A stretch of 61,873 nucleotides of DNA, counting the filler. It is 6 parts of 6 records of this genome, joined end to end, with 100 filler letters (N's around TTAATTAATTAA, not from the genome) between each part and the next. Parts side by side here need not be neighbours in the genome. Positions count along the whole stretch, not along the records: positions 48,218 to 61,873 come from SRR31147125_31485; 5 more parts are not named here. One strand, written 5' to 3'. Numbering within the stretch: position 1 is the stretch's first letter; every line of letters begins with the position of its first letter. This document shows positions 48,218 to 59,390 of this stretch, piece after piece. Made by a program: the position numbers and the translations under genes. The notes beneath the pieces are model-generated. The model worked only from the letters and a program-made list of their open reading frames with translations. It was not told where the DNA came from and made no database searches.

Positions 48218-51181
48218 TTTTTGGTGAACGCCACTTATGCTAATCAGATCCTTGTTACTCCACAAGAAGCAATCGTTAAACTCGGTGGAGGACAAAAATT
48301 TGAGGCTCAATTATTTGGCTCTGAAAATAAACCTGTTATTACGGATGTTGTTCAATGGAAAGTCATGCCTGAAAACCTGGGTACCATAACCGACGATGGA
48401 TTCTTTATCGCTGGCAGAAATCCAGGGCAAGGCGAAATTTTCGCCCTGGCAAAATATAACGGTAAACTCTTTACAGGTAAGGCCCACATTATCGTTGGCG
48501 CTCCGCAAATACCTGACATAAAGATCATCGTTCAACCCGAGATAGCTGTTGTTCCACCATCCGGACAAAAAACGTTTAAGGCTGTTGCCGTAAGTGCAGA
48601 CGGAGTTTCCCTCAGAAAACACTCTGTCAGATGGTTTGTCGACCCTCCTGCCATGGGAAAAATAAACTCCATGGGCGTTTTTCATGCCGGATCCAAATCA
48701 GGTCAGGGAAAAATTATCGCGCTGGTTGAAATTGATAACCACGTATACCGTGGTTCAGCCAGAATTGTCGTGGGAGAACAACCAACAGCATCCATCAGCG
48801 GTAGTGTTACCGAAGAGGCCGGAACCATATTGAGTGGAGCTGTTGTAACAGCAACAAGACTAGGTGTCCCACATTGGCGTCAGAGAGTAGAAACTGATGA
48901 GAATGGAATCTATGTGATTAATAACCTTTTACCTGGAGATTATATCGTACGCTCGGAAATGGCTGGCTATTTACCCGAATATTACGATGGCGTTCAATAT
49001 CTGAACGAAGCGACACCTCTCAAACTTGCTGAAAATGATTCATTGGTGAAAATAAATTTTTCCCTTGGTATAGGTGGCAGTATTTCCGGAAACATTATGG
49101 CTGACAACATGGATACAACAGATGATGTGACGAAACCTTTGGAAGGTGCTCATATCGTCGCCACATTACGCGTGCAGCCAAAAATTAAATATCATACTAT
49201 AAGTGATGCGGATGGAAATTTTAAACTGGAAGGTTTGAATAATGGTTCATATGTAGTTTGGGCAAATAAAGCCGGTTACATTGCAGAATACTATGATAAT
49301 GTCATGAATTATAATGAAGCAACATGGGTGGATGTGGAAGTACCTAATGAAAGGAGCGGTATTGATTTCAGTTTGGGAACAACCAGTGCTATTAGGGGAA
49401 TCGTGGTAAATGAAGAAGATGGTTCACCTATAGTGGGTGCACGCGTATCAGTGGCTACTTTAATCAATACTCTGCCACGCCGATTCAACAATTTTATTCA
49501 TACAGTCAGAACAAATGAAAAAGGTGAATATGCGTTTCAATTAAGACCCGGGATATATCTGGTTTACGCTAATGCGGATAGTTTTGCAGGAGAATGGTAT
49601 GAAAATCAGACCGATCCTGTCCTTGCAACACCCGTCCAGGTTACGGAAGAGCAACATACAGAAGTCATTTTTGAACTCCCGGCTTTGGGCGGCATGCATG
49701 GCCAGGTTGTAGACACCTTATCCGGTGATCCAATTGCAGGAGCGATCATACATGCCTTTTCAGAACAAAAAATGACAAAACGAGCTTTTAAGGCAATCAC
49801 TGATGATCAGGGAAATTATTCATTAGGCGCTCTACCCGCAGGAGATTACATCGTACGTGCTCATGCTGAGGATTACTTGCCTGAATTCTATTTTGAGGCA
49901 GATTCTCTAAAGAATGCCACCCTGGTTACAGTGCAAAATAAAAAGCAAACACCGGATATTAATTTTACTCTGGCCACCGGAGCTAAAATCAGTGGACTGG
50001 TCACTGATCAGGAAACAAATGAACCACTTGTGGGCTCTTTTGTCAATATTATACCACAAAATGGTTATTCGAAAAGGATCGTTAAAACCAATGAAGAAGG
50101 ATTTTACGAAATCGGTGGTTTGCGCCAGGGTACTTACCTCGCCCGGGCTCGTACCAGACAGTATTTGACGGAATGGTATGATGAAGCCACTTCACAGACC
50201 GATGCGACTCCCATTGATTTAGCAACCTCTGAACTCCGGGATGATGTACACTTTACACTGCTGAAAAGCCCTGTTCCGGGGTCAGGTATTACGGGAATTG
50301 TCACGGATGACTCGACAGGTAATCCAGTCGAGGGAGCCATTATCGCTGTCATGCCATTCAGCTTTGCAAAACCAAAACACACTGTAAGCGGAGAAGATGG
50401 AACGTTTGAATTGAACCTCGTACCGGGTGTCTATATCGCAATCTGCTTTGCAAATGGCTATGTGGGCGAATTTTATGACAATGTGCATCGCTGGTTTAAA
50501 GCGCAACCAATTACAATTAGCGAGAATCGATTGGTCAGCGACATAGATTTTGCATTAACACCACAAGTGGAAGGCGCTTATCTTATTGCTGGTTCTGTCC
50601 GGGACTCTAAAGGAAATCCAATGGAAGGCGCTCTGGTTGTAGCAAAAGAAAACGACGAGGTCGTAGCCGCTGGTTTGAGTGAAGTGGATGGAACTTATGT
50701 GCTATCCGACTTACCAGCTGGAACTTACAAGGTGTCTGCTTCTGTCACCAGTTTTGATGATGGTTACTATGACGGCGATTCCCCTGAAACTTCTGCAGAT
50801 ATCAAAGTAGGAATGGGAGAAAACACATATGACGCGACTATTTTAGTCTCGCAAACGACCACAGATGTGGAACAGGTGAATTCTCTTCCAGCCACCTTTA
50901 GCCTTTTACAAAATTATCCAAATCCCTTTAATCCGGTGACACAGATTCAATTTACCCTTCCGGTAAAAGCCAGGATCAGTTTGGTTGTCTACAACATACT
51001 TGGAAAAAAAGTAAAAACGCTTTATAATGGCACACATGAGGCCGGATCGTTTTTCACCCAATGGAATGGAACAGATAACCAGGGCAACAAGCTGTCCAGC
51101 GGCATCTACTATTATCGACTTGAGGCAAAATCAAAGGATCAACACTTTCAGCAAATACGCCGTATGACAATGTTAAAATAG
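48218..51181 (+). CDS. Large secreted repeat protein: 2 Ig-like domains, 7 carboxypeptidase-regulatory-like repeats and a C-terminal FlgD-Ig/T9SS-type sorting domain (5' end probably truncated)
   Basis: Repeats of the form ISG.V......P..GA...T...G.Y....L..G.Y...A......E(Y/W/F)Y; tail FSLLQNYPNPFNP...VYNILG...WNG.D..G....SGIYYY. Confidence 0.8.
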   Translation, partial: FLVNATYANQILVTPQEAIVKLGGGQKFEAQLFGSENKPVITDVVQWKVMPENLGTITDDGFFIAGRNPGQGEIFALAKYNGKLFTGKAHIIVGAPQIPDIKIIVQPEIAVVPPSGQKTFKAVAVSADGVSLRKHSVRWFVDPPAMGKINSMGVFHAGSKSGQGKIIALVEIDNHVYRGSARIVVGEQPTASISGSVTEEAGTILSGAVVTATRLGVPHWRQRVETDENGIYVINNLLPGDYIVRSEMAGYLPEYYDGVQYLNEATPLKLAENDSLVKINFSLGIGGSISGNIMADNMDTTDDVTKPLEGAHIVATLRVQPKIKYHTISDADGNFKLEGLNNGSYVVWANKAGYIAEYYDNVMNYNEATWVDVEVPNERSGIDFSLGTTSAIRGIVVNEEDGSPIVGARVSVATLINTLPRRFNNFIHTVRTNEKGEYAFQLRPGIYLVYANADSFAGEWYENQTDPVLATPVQVTEEQHTEVIFELPALGGMHGQVVDTLSGDPIAGAIIHAFSEQKMTKRAFKAITDDQGNYSLGALPAGDYIVRAHAEDYLPEFYFEADSLKNATLVTVQNKKQTPDINFTLATGAKISGLVTDQETNEPLVGSFVNIIPQNGYSKRIVKTNEEGFYEIGGLRQGTYLARARTRQYLTEWYDEATSQTDATPIDLATSELRDDVHFTLLKSPVPGSGITGIVTDDSTGNPVEGAIIAVMPFSFAKPKHTVSGEDGTFELNLVPGVYIAICFANGYVGEFYDNVHRWFKAQPITISENRLVSDIDFALTPQVEGAYLIAGSVRDSKGNPMEGALVVAKENDEVVAAGLSEVDGTYVLSDLPAGTYKVSASVTSFDDGYYDGDSPETSADIKVGMGENTYDATILVSQTTTDVEQVNSLPATFSLLQNYPNPFNPVTQIQFTLPVKARISLVVYNILGKKVKTLYNGTHEAGSFFTQWNGTDNQGNKLSSGIYYYRLEAKSKDQHFQQIRRMTMLK

Positions 51182-51205
51182 TAAAAAAAGAATACATGGA
51201 CATCT

Positions 51206-51243
51206 TCCTCCCAAAGGTCCTGTTAAATGGGCCTTTGGGAGGA
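51206..51243. terminator. Strong stem-loop after the repeat-protein gene (terminator or stabiliser)
   Basis: TCCTCCCAAAGG...CCTTTGGGAGGA 12-bp stem; no clear U-tract. Confidence 0.5.
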
Positions 51244-51278
51244 TAAAACATCAAATCATAATTTATCAAAAGTAAAGC

Positions 51279-52898
51279 GTGAAATCAGGACATACATTGT
51301 TATTTAATAAAAAATCCATTTGGGCTTATCTTACAGTCACATTTATCTGCTATTCATTTTCACCAAATGCGATTGTGAGTTTATCCTACGCAGAAGATTT
51401 CCCTGTGGAACAAAATCCCTCTAATTCCAATTCGGTTCTCTACGAAATAACTTTTAGCCGTTTACAACGAATTATTGCCAGACGACTTGATAATAAAACC
51501 TCAACATTACCCGGAGAAATCCTTGAACTCATTTCTGACGCAAAAATATTCGCCGAACAGGGGGAATATGAAACAGCTATAGAGTTTCTTGATAACGCAC
51601 TCGAGTATATCGAGTCTATACCCGAACCACTGAGTAATACGGAAAAAAATGATAATCTGCTGAAATCCGATACATCCCTGGATTATGAGGCATTTTCAGG
51701 ATTTGATCTATGGCAGCAAAGATATGGTATTATTCTGACTGAAAAAGACACACTCATTTCTCAAAGCGAAGGTAATCGCTTTGTTGGATTTCGTGTCTTC
51801 TTGACGCATTCTGACAGAGATAATGCTCACACCGGGGCTGATGTGGAAGGTAAAATGAGCAATGAATATAATAGTGGTTACATAAACGCGCACCATACAA
51901 GAAAGGTTGCAACGAAATGGAATATTTTCGTTAAGAATCGGTTTGAAGCAACGCATTATCATCATGACAAAGAATTAAGATTTATTGATAATAAAACTGA
52001 TGCCGGAATATCTTTTAAAATAAATCCCCACATGTCCATCGAGCTCCAGGATGAATTTCAGATTCGCAACTATGAAATTGAATCCCAATTTTTTAACAGC
52101 TTTTTACAAAACGAACTGGGGCTGCGAATTTCCAGCAAAATGATAAAATCAGTTAAAACCGATTTTATTTATTCATATCGTGACCGGCAGTACGATTCCT
52201 CGTCTGCCATTGATTATTCGGAACATATCGTTGAATTAAACATCTGGCCTGGGTTGTCTTCATCTACAAACATTTTGGGCCGTTTACAAGGCCGTTTTCG
52301 TGACTATCAGCATGGATTTATCGATTCATTGTTTACAAATAATTTTAATGAACTGTATACCCAATGGACTGTTCAACATCGACTATCAAAGCATTTTGGG
52401 CTTGGCATTGACTGCAATATTGAAACACGTGAATATGAATATTTTTCAACAGCAAATCCGGCGTATCTGGAATATTTACTCGAGCCAACAATTTCATTTG
52501 GACTGGGGTACTCATGGTCATTAAGGCTGGGATATCGATACAGGAACAGACATCACTGGAACAAAGAATGGAGCACAACCTCGGCTGAAATAGAAAATTT
52601 TTACTCTCATGGGCCGACAATATCTTTGGATATCTTTTCTAATAATGGTTTTATAGCCAACATTTCAAACACATATGAAATTCGCCGGTTTCCCAATAGT
52701 CATGCCGATGAGGACTCTGGTCTTTCTCTCTACTCCAACCGTAATATCAACACACTTTTTTTATTTCTCTCCTTCAATCTATCCTCACACTGGGCGGTCA
52801 CGGTCATGAGCAATTTAGATTACGACAATGACCGGGATCTGGATGGCTCGGATTCACGCTATAATCTCGTCAATATTGAGCTTTCATATAAATTTTAA
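51279..52898 (+). CDS. Hypothetical outer-membrane beta-barrel protein with an N-terminal TPR-like helical region
   Basis: Signal-like N-terminus; AKIFAEQGEYETAIEFLDNAL; alternating amphipathic strands; terminal ELSYKF (BAM-type motif). Confidence 0.6.
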   Translation: MKSGHTLLFNKKSIWAYLTVTFICYSFSPNAIVSLSYAEDFPVEQNPSNSNSVLYEITFSRLQRIIARRLDNKTSTLPGEILELISDAKIFAEQGEYETAIEFLDNALEYIESIPEPLSNTEKNDNLLKSDTSLDYEAFSGFDLWQQRYGIILTEKDTLISQSEGNRFVGFRVFLTHSDRDNAHTGADVEGKMSNEYNSGYINAHHTRKVATKWNIFVKNRFEATHYHHDKELRFIDNKTDAGISFKINPHMSIELQDEFQIRNYEIESQFFNSFLQNELGLRISSKMIKSVKTDFIYSYRDRQYDSSSAIDYSEHIVELNIWPGLSSSTNILGRLQGRFRDYQHGFIDSLFTNNFNELYTQWTVQHRLSKHFGLGIDCNIETREYEYFSTANPAYLEYLLEPTISFGLGYSWSLRLGYRYRNRHHWNKEWSTTSAEIENFYSHGPTISLDIFSNNGFIANISNTYEIRRFPNSHADEDSGLSLYSNRNINTLFLFLSFNLSSHWAVTVMSNLDYDNDRDLDGSDSRYNLVNIELSYKF

Positions 52899-53042
52899 AA
52901 TGTTAAATTTCTAATATACTTTTTTTTACGCTTGATCTCTGTATCGAAATATTCCATACAGAGATAACGTTAAAAAAATCATAAGGATATTATAACAGAA
53001 CCTGTTAATATCACTTTCTCATTCTTTATAAAGGAATCATTC

Positions 53043-53690
53043 ATGGATGATAATATAAGAGGTCCTTTGATTGGAGGAATCATCATTCTTTTAGGTTTAC
53101 TATCCATGGCTTCAAATTTCAAGATTGGATATCATCTCAGCACCTTGACAGTTGCCGGTTTGTTTTTTTTGTTCAGTTATCTGTTTTTTAATATTTTTAT
53201 GCAGAATGATAAAAAAAAGTGGGCTCTGGTTCTGGGAATAATCCTGAGTATTGCAGGCTCTTTTTATCTGCTAAATCTCATCATGGCTATCATGAATTCC
53301 TTTATTGGTGCTACTATATTATGGCTGGGTACATTTATATGTGCTTACTTTTACAGTAAAAATCCAAACAAGTGGTGGTTGATCATCCCAACAGGATTCT
53401 TGTTTACTCTCGGCACAATTGCTATCGTGACTCTTTTGGGACTATTACGAACCGACCAGGAAGGCATTGTTTTCTTTTTGGGCTCAGGTTTGACATTTTT
53501 CTATCTATGGACCCAGAGGACAGAATCGTTAAAGCTTGCCTGGGCCAGAAACACAGGCATTATTTTACTCATAATTGCAGTTCTCATATACTTTGAAACT
53601 GAACCCTGGCTTAATACGGATGTCTTATTCCCGATGATCCTCATAGCGGCTGGATGTTATCTATTAATCAAAACAGCGACTCGTAAATGA
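53043..53690 (+). CDS. Hypothetical multi-pass membrane protein
   Basis: About 8 TM segments with repeated W(W/A)L.. motifs; ATGA overlap with the next gene. Confidence 0.7.
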   Translation: MDDNIRGPLIGGIIILLGLLSMASNFKIGYHLSTLTVAGLFFLFSYLFFNIFMQNDKKKWALVLGIILSIAGSFYLLNLIMAIMNSFIGATILWLGTFICAYFYSKNPNKWWLIIPTGFLFTLGTIAIVTLLGLLRTDQEGIVFFLGSGLTFFYLWTQRTESLKLAWARNTGIILLIIAVLIYFETEPWLNTDVLFPMILIAAGCYLLIKTATRK

Positions 53691-54943
53691 ACCACTCTTT
53701 CTCAAAAAAATCACTATTAAAAAAACAACCTGTCCCATTACCACTTGACAGTACAGAACCAATGCAAAAAGGACGGGTTTTCCTTCTCGCGGCTGCTCAC
53801 TTTGTCAACGATAGTTACCAGGGATTTATTGCGCCACTGTTACCTCTGCTCATGATAAAATTGGATTTTAATCTCGTTCTTGCTGGTGTCTTGACTGCCA
53901 TCCAGACAGTATTTAGCTCCCTGTCGCAACCCTTATTCGGCCATATATCGGATAAAATGCGCCAGCCTTATCTGGTTATATTGGGACCTATCATGACAGC
54001 CATCTTTATTGGTATGATCGGAATTCTACCGTCATTTGAAAGTATTATTGTTATACTCATTCTGGCCGGTATAGGGACAGCCGCATTTCATCCGCAATCC
54101 TCTGTTTATACCGCGCGCTCAAGTGGAAGACAAGGTGGATTGGGCATGTCCTTATTTGTCACAGGAGGCAGTGCCGGTCACGCCCTTGGAGCACTGATTA
54201 TCCTTCCCATTGTAACAAACTTTGGAATGAAATACAGTGTCATCACCATCGCGTTCGGGGTCATTATATCTTTCTTATTATTTCGCAATCTGCCTGTTTT
54301 GCCCAGTATTTCTTCTCACAAGAAAGTACAAATCATTGACGTAAAAGCGAAAAGACCCGGCATCTCACTCTTTATTTTATGGATCATTGTGAGCATCAGA
54401 GCATTCATTGTTGTTGGTTTTATTACTTTTATGCCAATTTATTTACATAATAAAAATGTCATTCTTTTATTAGCAGGTTCAGCGATCACGATCTTTGAAT
54501 TATCAGGTGCAGTAGGCACACTCCTGGGTGGACCATTATCGGATCGTTTTGGTAGAAAAATCATAATAATCATTTCAACTTTGGTTTCTCTACCATTTTT
54601 ATGGCTTTTTTTGCATACCTCAGGCCTGATTTCCTTTATATTTTTAGGCTGTGCCGGTTTCTTTTTATTCTCATCAATACCTGTCTCAATCATTATGGCT
54701 CAGGAACTTTTTCCCAAAAGGGTCAGCACTGTTTCTTCTCTGATGATGGGAATGGCCTGGGGAATTGGTGGATTGCTCGTTCCACCTTTAGGCGCCCTGG
54801 CAGATAAAATGGGCATAGGTCAAGCACTGGAACTATTGATATATCTTGGTTTATTGGGTGCTATAGCATCAGCCTTTTTACCGGGTTCGCACAAAAACAA
54901 AAAACTTGAATCTACTTTAACTCCTAATTTTGAGAATTTATAA
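53687..54943 (+). CDS. MFS transporter (Fsr-like)
   Basis: AHFVNDSYQG, QPLFGHISDK, GTAAFHP and GPLSDRFGRK. Confidence 0.88.
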   Translation: MNHSFSKKSLLKKQPVPLPLDSTEPMQKGRVFLLAAAHFVNDSYQGFIAPLLPLLMIKLDFNLVLAGVLTAIQTVFSSLSQPLFGHISDKMRQPYLVILGPIMTAIFIGMIGILPSFESIIVILILAGIGTAAFHPQSSVYTARSSGRQGGLGMSLFVTGGSAGHALGALIILPIVTNFGMKYSVITIAFGVIISFLLFRNLPVLPSISSHKKVQIIDVKAKRPGISLFILWIIVSIRAFIVVGFITFMPIYLHNKNVILLLAGSAITIFELSGAVGTLLGGPLSDRFGRKIIIIISTLVSLPFLWLFLHTSGLISFIFLGCAGFFLFSSIPVSIIMAQELFPKRVSTVSSLMMGMAWGIGGLLVPPLGALADKMGIGQALELLIYLGLLGAIASAFLPGSHKNKKLESTLTPNFENL

Positions 54944-54969
54944 TTTCACGTTTTTTCAAGGGACAGCCT

Positions 54970-56376
54970 ATGCCCGCTAAAAACAAACTTGCAATTATTC
55001 CTTCTATAGACCTCTTGCTCTGTCAAGAGGATGCTCAAATCCTGGAAGAACGCTATTCCAGATCGATTATTAAAGAACAAATGCACGCTATAATTACTGA
55101 CCTCAAACAAAAGATCCTCAGCAATGAGGTCACAGTAGAAAACCGGGATCAACTTGTAAAGTTCGTGTTATTAGAAACAAAAAAGACGCTCAAGCATGCA
55201 TTTTCACCCAATCTGAAACCGGTCATCAATGCAACAGGTATCATCCTGCACACTGGTTTGGGACGGGCACCCTTTTCAGAAACTGCCCAGGAAAATATCA
55301 TCAAAATTATGCGTGGGTATTCAAACATCGAGTTGGATTTGGCGACTGGAAAACGAGGTGAACGGAACGACCATGTTTCATATCTTTTGCGCAAACTCAC
55401 AGGAGCCGAATCGGCTCTTGTCACTAACAATAATGCAGCCGCTGTATTTATCGCATTGAACACGTTATCCTTTGGCAAGGAAGCTATTATTTCGCGCGGT
55501 CAACTCATCGAAATCGGCGGGTCTTTCAGAATACCCGACGTCATGCAAAAAAGTGGGGCCATCATGCGCGAGATAGGAACCACAAATAAAACAAAACTGT
55601 CCGATTATGAAAAAGCCATCAATGACAACACAGGCGTAATTGTCGTCGCACACACTTCAAATTACCGGGTTATGGGATTTACACAGGAGGTAGAGTTAAA
55701 AGAACTTGTACAATTAGCTCATGCTCATAACATACCAGTACTTCATGATCTCGGTGGAGGTGTCATTATTGATTTACAGCAATATGGCCTCCCTTATGAA
55801 CCACTGGTTCAGGATAGTATTAACGCCGGTGCCGATGTGGTGACTTTTAGCGGTGACAAAATCCTGGGGGGACCACAGGCTGGTATATTACTTGGTAACA
55901 AAGAATGGCTTCAACACATACACGCCAATCCCATTATGCGAGCTGTCCGTTGCGATAAACTCATTTTTGCAGCCCTTGAAGCCACACTCAAGCTCTTTTT
56001 TCAACAAAAAAATCTGGTAGAAAACCATAAAACACTGCGAATGCTCACCGAATCACCGGATAAAATTAAAGAAAAAGCAGAACATTTACAAAACGCGATC
56101 TCTACTAAAGTACGTGATTATTTACATGTGTCTGTGGAAAAAAGCGCTGCTCAAACTGGAAGTGGCGCATTACCTCTGGAAAAAATAAGCAGCTATGCTG
56201 TCACTATAAGCCCAACTACAATGGGTATAGAAAATATTGCATCCTGTCTACGTCAAAACGATCCTCCGGTTATCAGCTATATCAAAAACGAAAAACTCTA
56301 TCTGGATATGCGAACTGTCGAAAAAGAACAGGTTGAACAGATCGCAAAAGCATTAACCTTATGCGCAAAAACCTGA
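54970..56376 (+). CDS. selA: L-seryl-tRNA(Sec) selenium transferase
   Basis: VINATGIILHTGLGRA, NNNAAAV, SRGQLIEIGGSFRIPDVM, GTTNKT and FSGDKILGGPQAG (PLP Lys). Confidence 0.95.
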   Translation: MPAKNKLAIIPSIDLLLCQEDAQILEERYSRSIIKEQMHAIITDLKQKILSNEVTVENRDQLVKFVLLETKKTLKHAFSPNLKPVINATGIILHTGLGRAPFSETAQENIIKIMRGYSNIELDLATGKRGERNDHVSYLLRKLTGAESALVTNNNAAAVFIALNTLSFGKEAIISRGQLIEIGGSFRIPDVMQKSGAIMREIGTTNKTKLSDYEKAINDNTGVIVVAHTSNYRVMGFTQEVELKELVQLAHAHNIPVLHDLGGGVIIDLQQYGLPYEPLVQDSINAGADVVTFSGDKILGGPQAGILLGNKEWLQHIHANPIMRAVRCDKLIFAALEATLKLFFQQKNLVENHKTLRMLTESPDKIKEKAEHLQNAISTKVRDYLHVSVEKSAAQTGSGALPLEKISSYAVTISPTTMGIENIASCLRQNDPPVISYIKNEKLYLDMRTVEKEQVEQIAKALTLCAKT

Positions 56377-56838
56377 AATTATATTCAAAAATTGCCAGTC
56401 GGCATGAAATTTAAAGATTTTTTTGAGTATTTTTCACAATACATTATCCAGGTTTCACGGGTCGATGGTACTATTAAAAAGAGTTATTTGATTACAAACC
56501 ATACACGGGTCATCAGAAAATGTGATAATGTCACATGACCCTGCACGATGAACATGTGCTCAACATATTTATACTGAATCAGCCGGTTTTGATTAAAAAG
56601 ACCAGAGAAAACGAATACAAATCACGTAATCCTTACAATAAATCAAGTAAATTGTCTTACCTCGAACTAGATTCATAAAATTATTATTGAAATTAAGTTT
56701 TTATTTTAATACCATATGCATTGTTTGTTCTATAACAAAATAGAACCTTCCGTTTTCAACTAGGCTTGCCCCTACAGCAAATGAATATAAAATTATAATT
56801 TATCTTGAGATGAATTTATAACTGCAAGAAAGGAACGT

Positions 56839-58188
56839 ATGGGAACAATTAGAATAAAAAAGGGTCTGAACCTCCCTATCAATGGTAAGCCGGAACAGAT
56901 CATCAGCAGTGGAAATTTTGTCAAAAAAGTCGCACTCCTGGGTGACGATTATATCGGCATGAAACCAACCATGGAGGTGAATGTCGGGGACACTGTTAAA
57001 CTGGGTCAAGTACTTTTCACAGACAAAAAATTACCCAAAGTAAAGTATACATCTCCCGGTGCGGGAAAGATTGTCGCCATTAACAGAGGTGAAAAAAGAG
57101 CTTTCAAGTCCATTGTCATTGAGCTGGGAAGTTCGGGGCAGGTAACCTTTGGCTCCTTTCCTGAAGGCCAGCTGGCTACCCTGGCCAGAGAAAAAGTGAT
57201 ATCTCATTTGCTGGATTCCGGTTTATGGACGTGTCTCAGAACCCGCCCCTTTAGTAAAGTTGCGAATCCTGATTCTACTCCTCACTCTATTTTTGTCACA
57301 GCCATGGACACCAATCCACTGGCCCCATCCATGGAAATCGTCATTAAAGGAAATGAAAAAAACTTTATTAATGGATTACATGTTATCTCCAGATTGACGG
57401 ATGGTAATATTTTTCTCTGCAAATCTCCTGGTGAAAAGATTCCGGAAACACAAATGACATCCTTATCTGTCGAGGAATTTTCAGGACCACACCCGGCAGG
57501 GAACGTCGGCACTCACATTCATTTCCTGGACCCTGTGGGACGACATAAAAAGGTATGGCACATTAATGCCCAGGATGTCATCGCCATTGGAATCCTGTTT
57601 ACAACCGGTAAGATAAATGTCGATCGGATTATTTCTTTGGCCGGACCTTCTGTCAAACAACCTCGCTTGTTAAGGACACGGGTTGGCGCTTCCGTAGAAG
57701 ATATAACAGCCGATGAGCTTTTTGATAATGACAACAGAATTGTCTCAGGTTCCGTTTTATCTGGGCATGAAGCCGCAGGGATGACAGCCTTCCTTGGTAG
57801 ATATCACCAGCAAATCTCTGTTCTTAGAGAGGGAAAAGAACGGGAATTTTTAGGCTGGCTGAGTCTCGGCTTTAATTTATTTTCTGTTAAAAACATTCTC
57901 GCATCCAAACTCATTCCAAATAAAAAATTCAACTTTTCAACAGCTTTGAATGGCGGAAAACGCGCCATTGTACCGATTGGCAGCTATGAAAAAGTGATGC
58001 CTCTGGATGTTCTGCCTACTTATTTATTGAGAGCTCTGGCTGTAGATGATGTCGAAGAAGCTGAAAAACTTGGCTGTTTGGAACTGGATGAAGAAGATTT
58101 GGCTTTATGTACGTATGTTTGTCCATCCAAAATTGATCATGGCCCAATCCTTAGAAGAAATTTAACATTAATAGAAAAGGAAGGATAG
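56839..58188 (+). CDS. nqrA: Na+-translocating NADH:quinone reductase subunit A
   Basis: [23 protein letters not shown] and [18 protein letters not shown]. Confidence 0.96.
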   Translation: MGTIRIKKGLNLPINGKPEQIISSGNFVKKVALLGDDYIGMKPTMEVNVGDTVKLGQVLFTDKKLPKVKYTSPGAGKIVAINRGEKRAFKSIVIELGSSGQVTFGSFPEGQLATLAREKVISHLLDSGLWTCLRTRPFSKVANPDSTPHSIFVTAMDTNPLAPSMEIVIKGNEKNFINGLHVISRLTDGNIFLCKSPGEKIPETQMTSLSVEEFSGPHPAGNVGTHIHFLDPVGRHKKVWHINAQDVIAIGILFTTGKINVDRIISLAGPSVKQPRLLRTRVGASVEDITADELFDNDNRIVSGSVLSGHEAAGMTAFLGRYHQQISVLREGKEREFLGWLSLGFNLFSVKNILASKLIPNKKFNFSTALNGGKRAIVPIGSYEKVMPLDVLPTYLLRALAVDDVEEAEKLGCLELDEEDLALCTYVCPSKIDHGPILRRNLTLIEKEG

Positions 58189-59390
58189 TGAAATTTTTTA
58201 GAAACTTTCTTGACAAACAGGAAAAACATTTTGAAAAAGGTGGTAAACTTGAAATAATGTATTTCCTATATGAAGCTATTGATGGTTTTTTGTACACTCC
58301 CGGTAAAGTGACAAAAACAGCTTCTCACGTTCGTGACGCTATCGATTTGAAACGAACTATGATGGTCGTGGTTTATGCACTGATCCCAACTGTGCTGATG
58401 GCCCTCTATAATACCGGACTTCAGGCAAACCTTGCCCTGGAAAGACTCGGTGAGGTTACAGCATCAACCTGGCAGCAAAGTGTCATATTAGCACTTGGAA
58501 TCGGTTTTGATCCGGGCAGCATATTTGCGAATATGGTACACGGCGCCCTTTACTTTTTCCCTGTTTATATTGTGACGCTTGCAGTGGGTGGAATTTGGGA
58601 AGTTATTTTTGCAACAGTACGTAAACATGAAATTAATGAAGGTTTTCTCGTTACAAGCCTTCTTTTCCCCCTGATCTGTCCTCCAACTATCCCTTACTGG
58701 CAAGTCGCCCTTGGAATTTCTTTCGGTGTTGTTATCGGTAAAGAAGTTTTTGGTGGTGTCGGCATGAATATTCTCAACCCGGCATTGGTTGGACGCGCTT
58801 TTCTGTTTTTTGCCTACCCGGCTCAAATCTCCGGAGACAAAGTATGGGTGGCTGTAGACGGACTGAGCAGAGCAACGCCTCTCGCGCAACTGGCTGATTC
58901 TGCTATGGAGGTGTCTGTGTCCTGGATGGATGCATTTCTTGGACTCGTTCCGGGATCCATGGGCGAAACGTCAACCCTGGCCTGTTTAATCGGCGCCATC
59001 GTCCTTATTGTGACCCGTGTCGGTTCCTGGCGAATCATTCTGAGTGTTGTGGTCGGTATGGTTGGTCTCTCTTCATTATTGAATGTAATTGGCAGTAGTG
59101 CCAATCCAATGTTTGCCGTCACACCAATGCAACATTTGGTATATGGAGGTTTCGCTTTTGGTACCGTTTATATGGCAACAGATCCCGTAAGCGCGGCCAT
59201 AACTGAAAAGGGAAAATATATTTATGGCCTGTTAATCGGATGTCTGGCGGTTCTTGTCAGAGTTGTCAATCCGGCTTTCCCGGAAGGGATGATGCTGGCT
59301 ATATTATTCATGAACGTATTTGCGCCTATTATTGATAGAATTTTTATCAACGCCAATATCAAAAGGAGGCTATTAAGAGATGTCGGATGA
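58188..59390 (+). CDS. nqrB: Na+-NQR subunit B
   Basis: [26 protein letters not shown] site S(R)AT and MATDPVS. Confidence 0.96.
   Translation: MKFFRNFLDKQEKHFEKGGKLEIMYFLYEAIDGFLYTPGKVTKTASHVRDAIDLKRTMMVVVYALIPTVLMALYNTGLQANLALERLGEVTASTWQQSVILALGIGFDPGSIFANMVHGALYFFPVYIVTLAVGGIWEVIFATVRKHEINEGFLVTSLLFPLICPPTIPYWQVALGISFGVVIGKEVFGGVGMNILNPALVGRAFLFFAYPAQISGDKVWVAVDGLSRATPLAQLADSAMEVSVSWMDAFLGLVPGSMGETSTLACLIGAIVLIVTRVGSWRIILSVVVGMVGLSSLLNVIGSSANPMFAVTPMQHLVYGGFAFGTVYMATDPVSAAITEKGKYIYGLLIGCLAVLVRVVNPAFPEGMMLAILFMNVFAPIIDRIFINANIKRRLLRDVG

Noticed and set aside
54970-56838. tRNA-Sec, selB or a selenoprotein near selA
   Set aside because: No cloverleaf recognised, and none of the split genes in the window is interrupted by an in-frame TGA; all are frameshifts.
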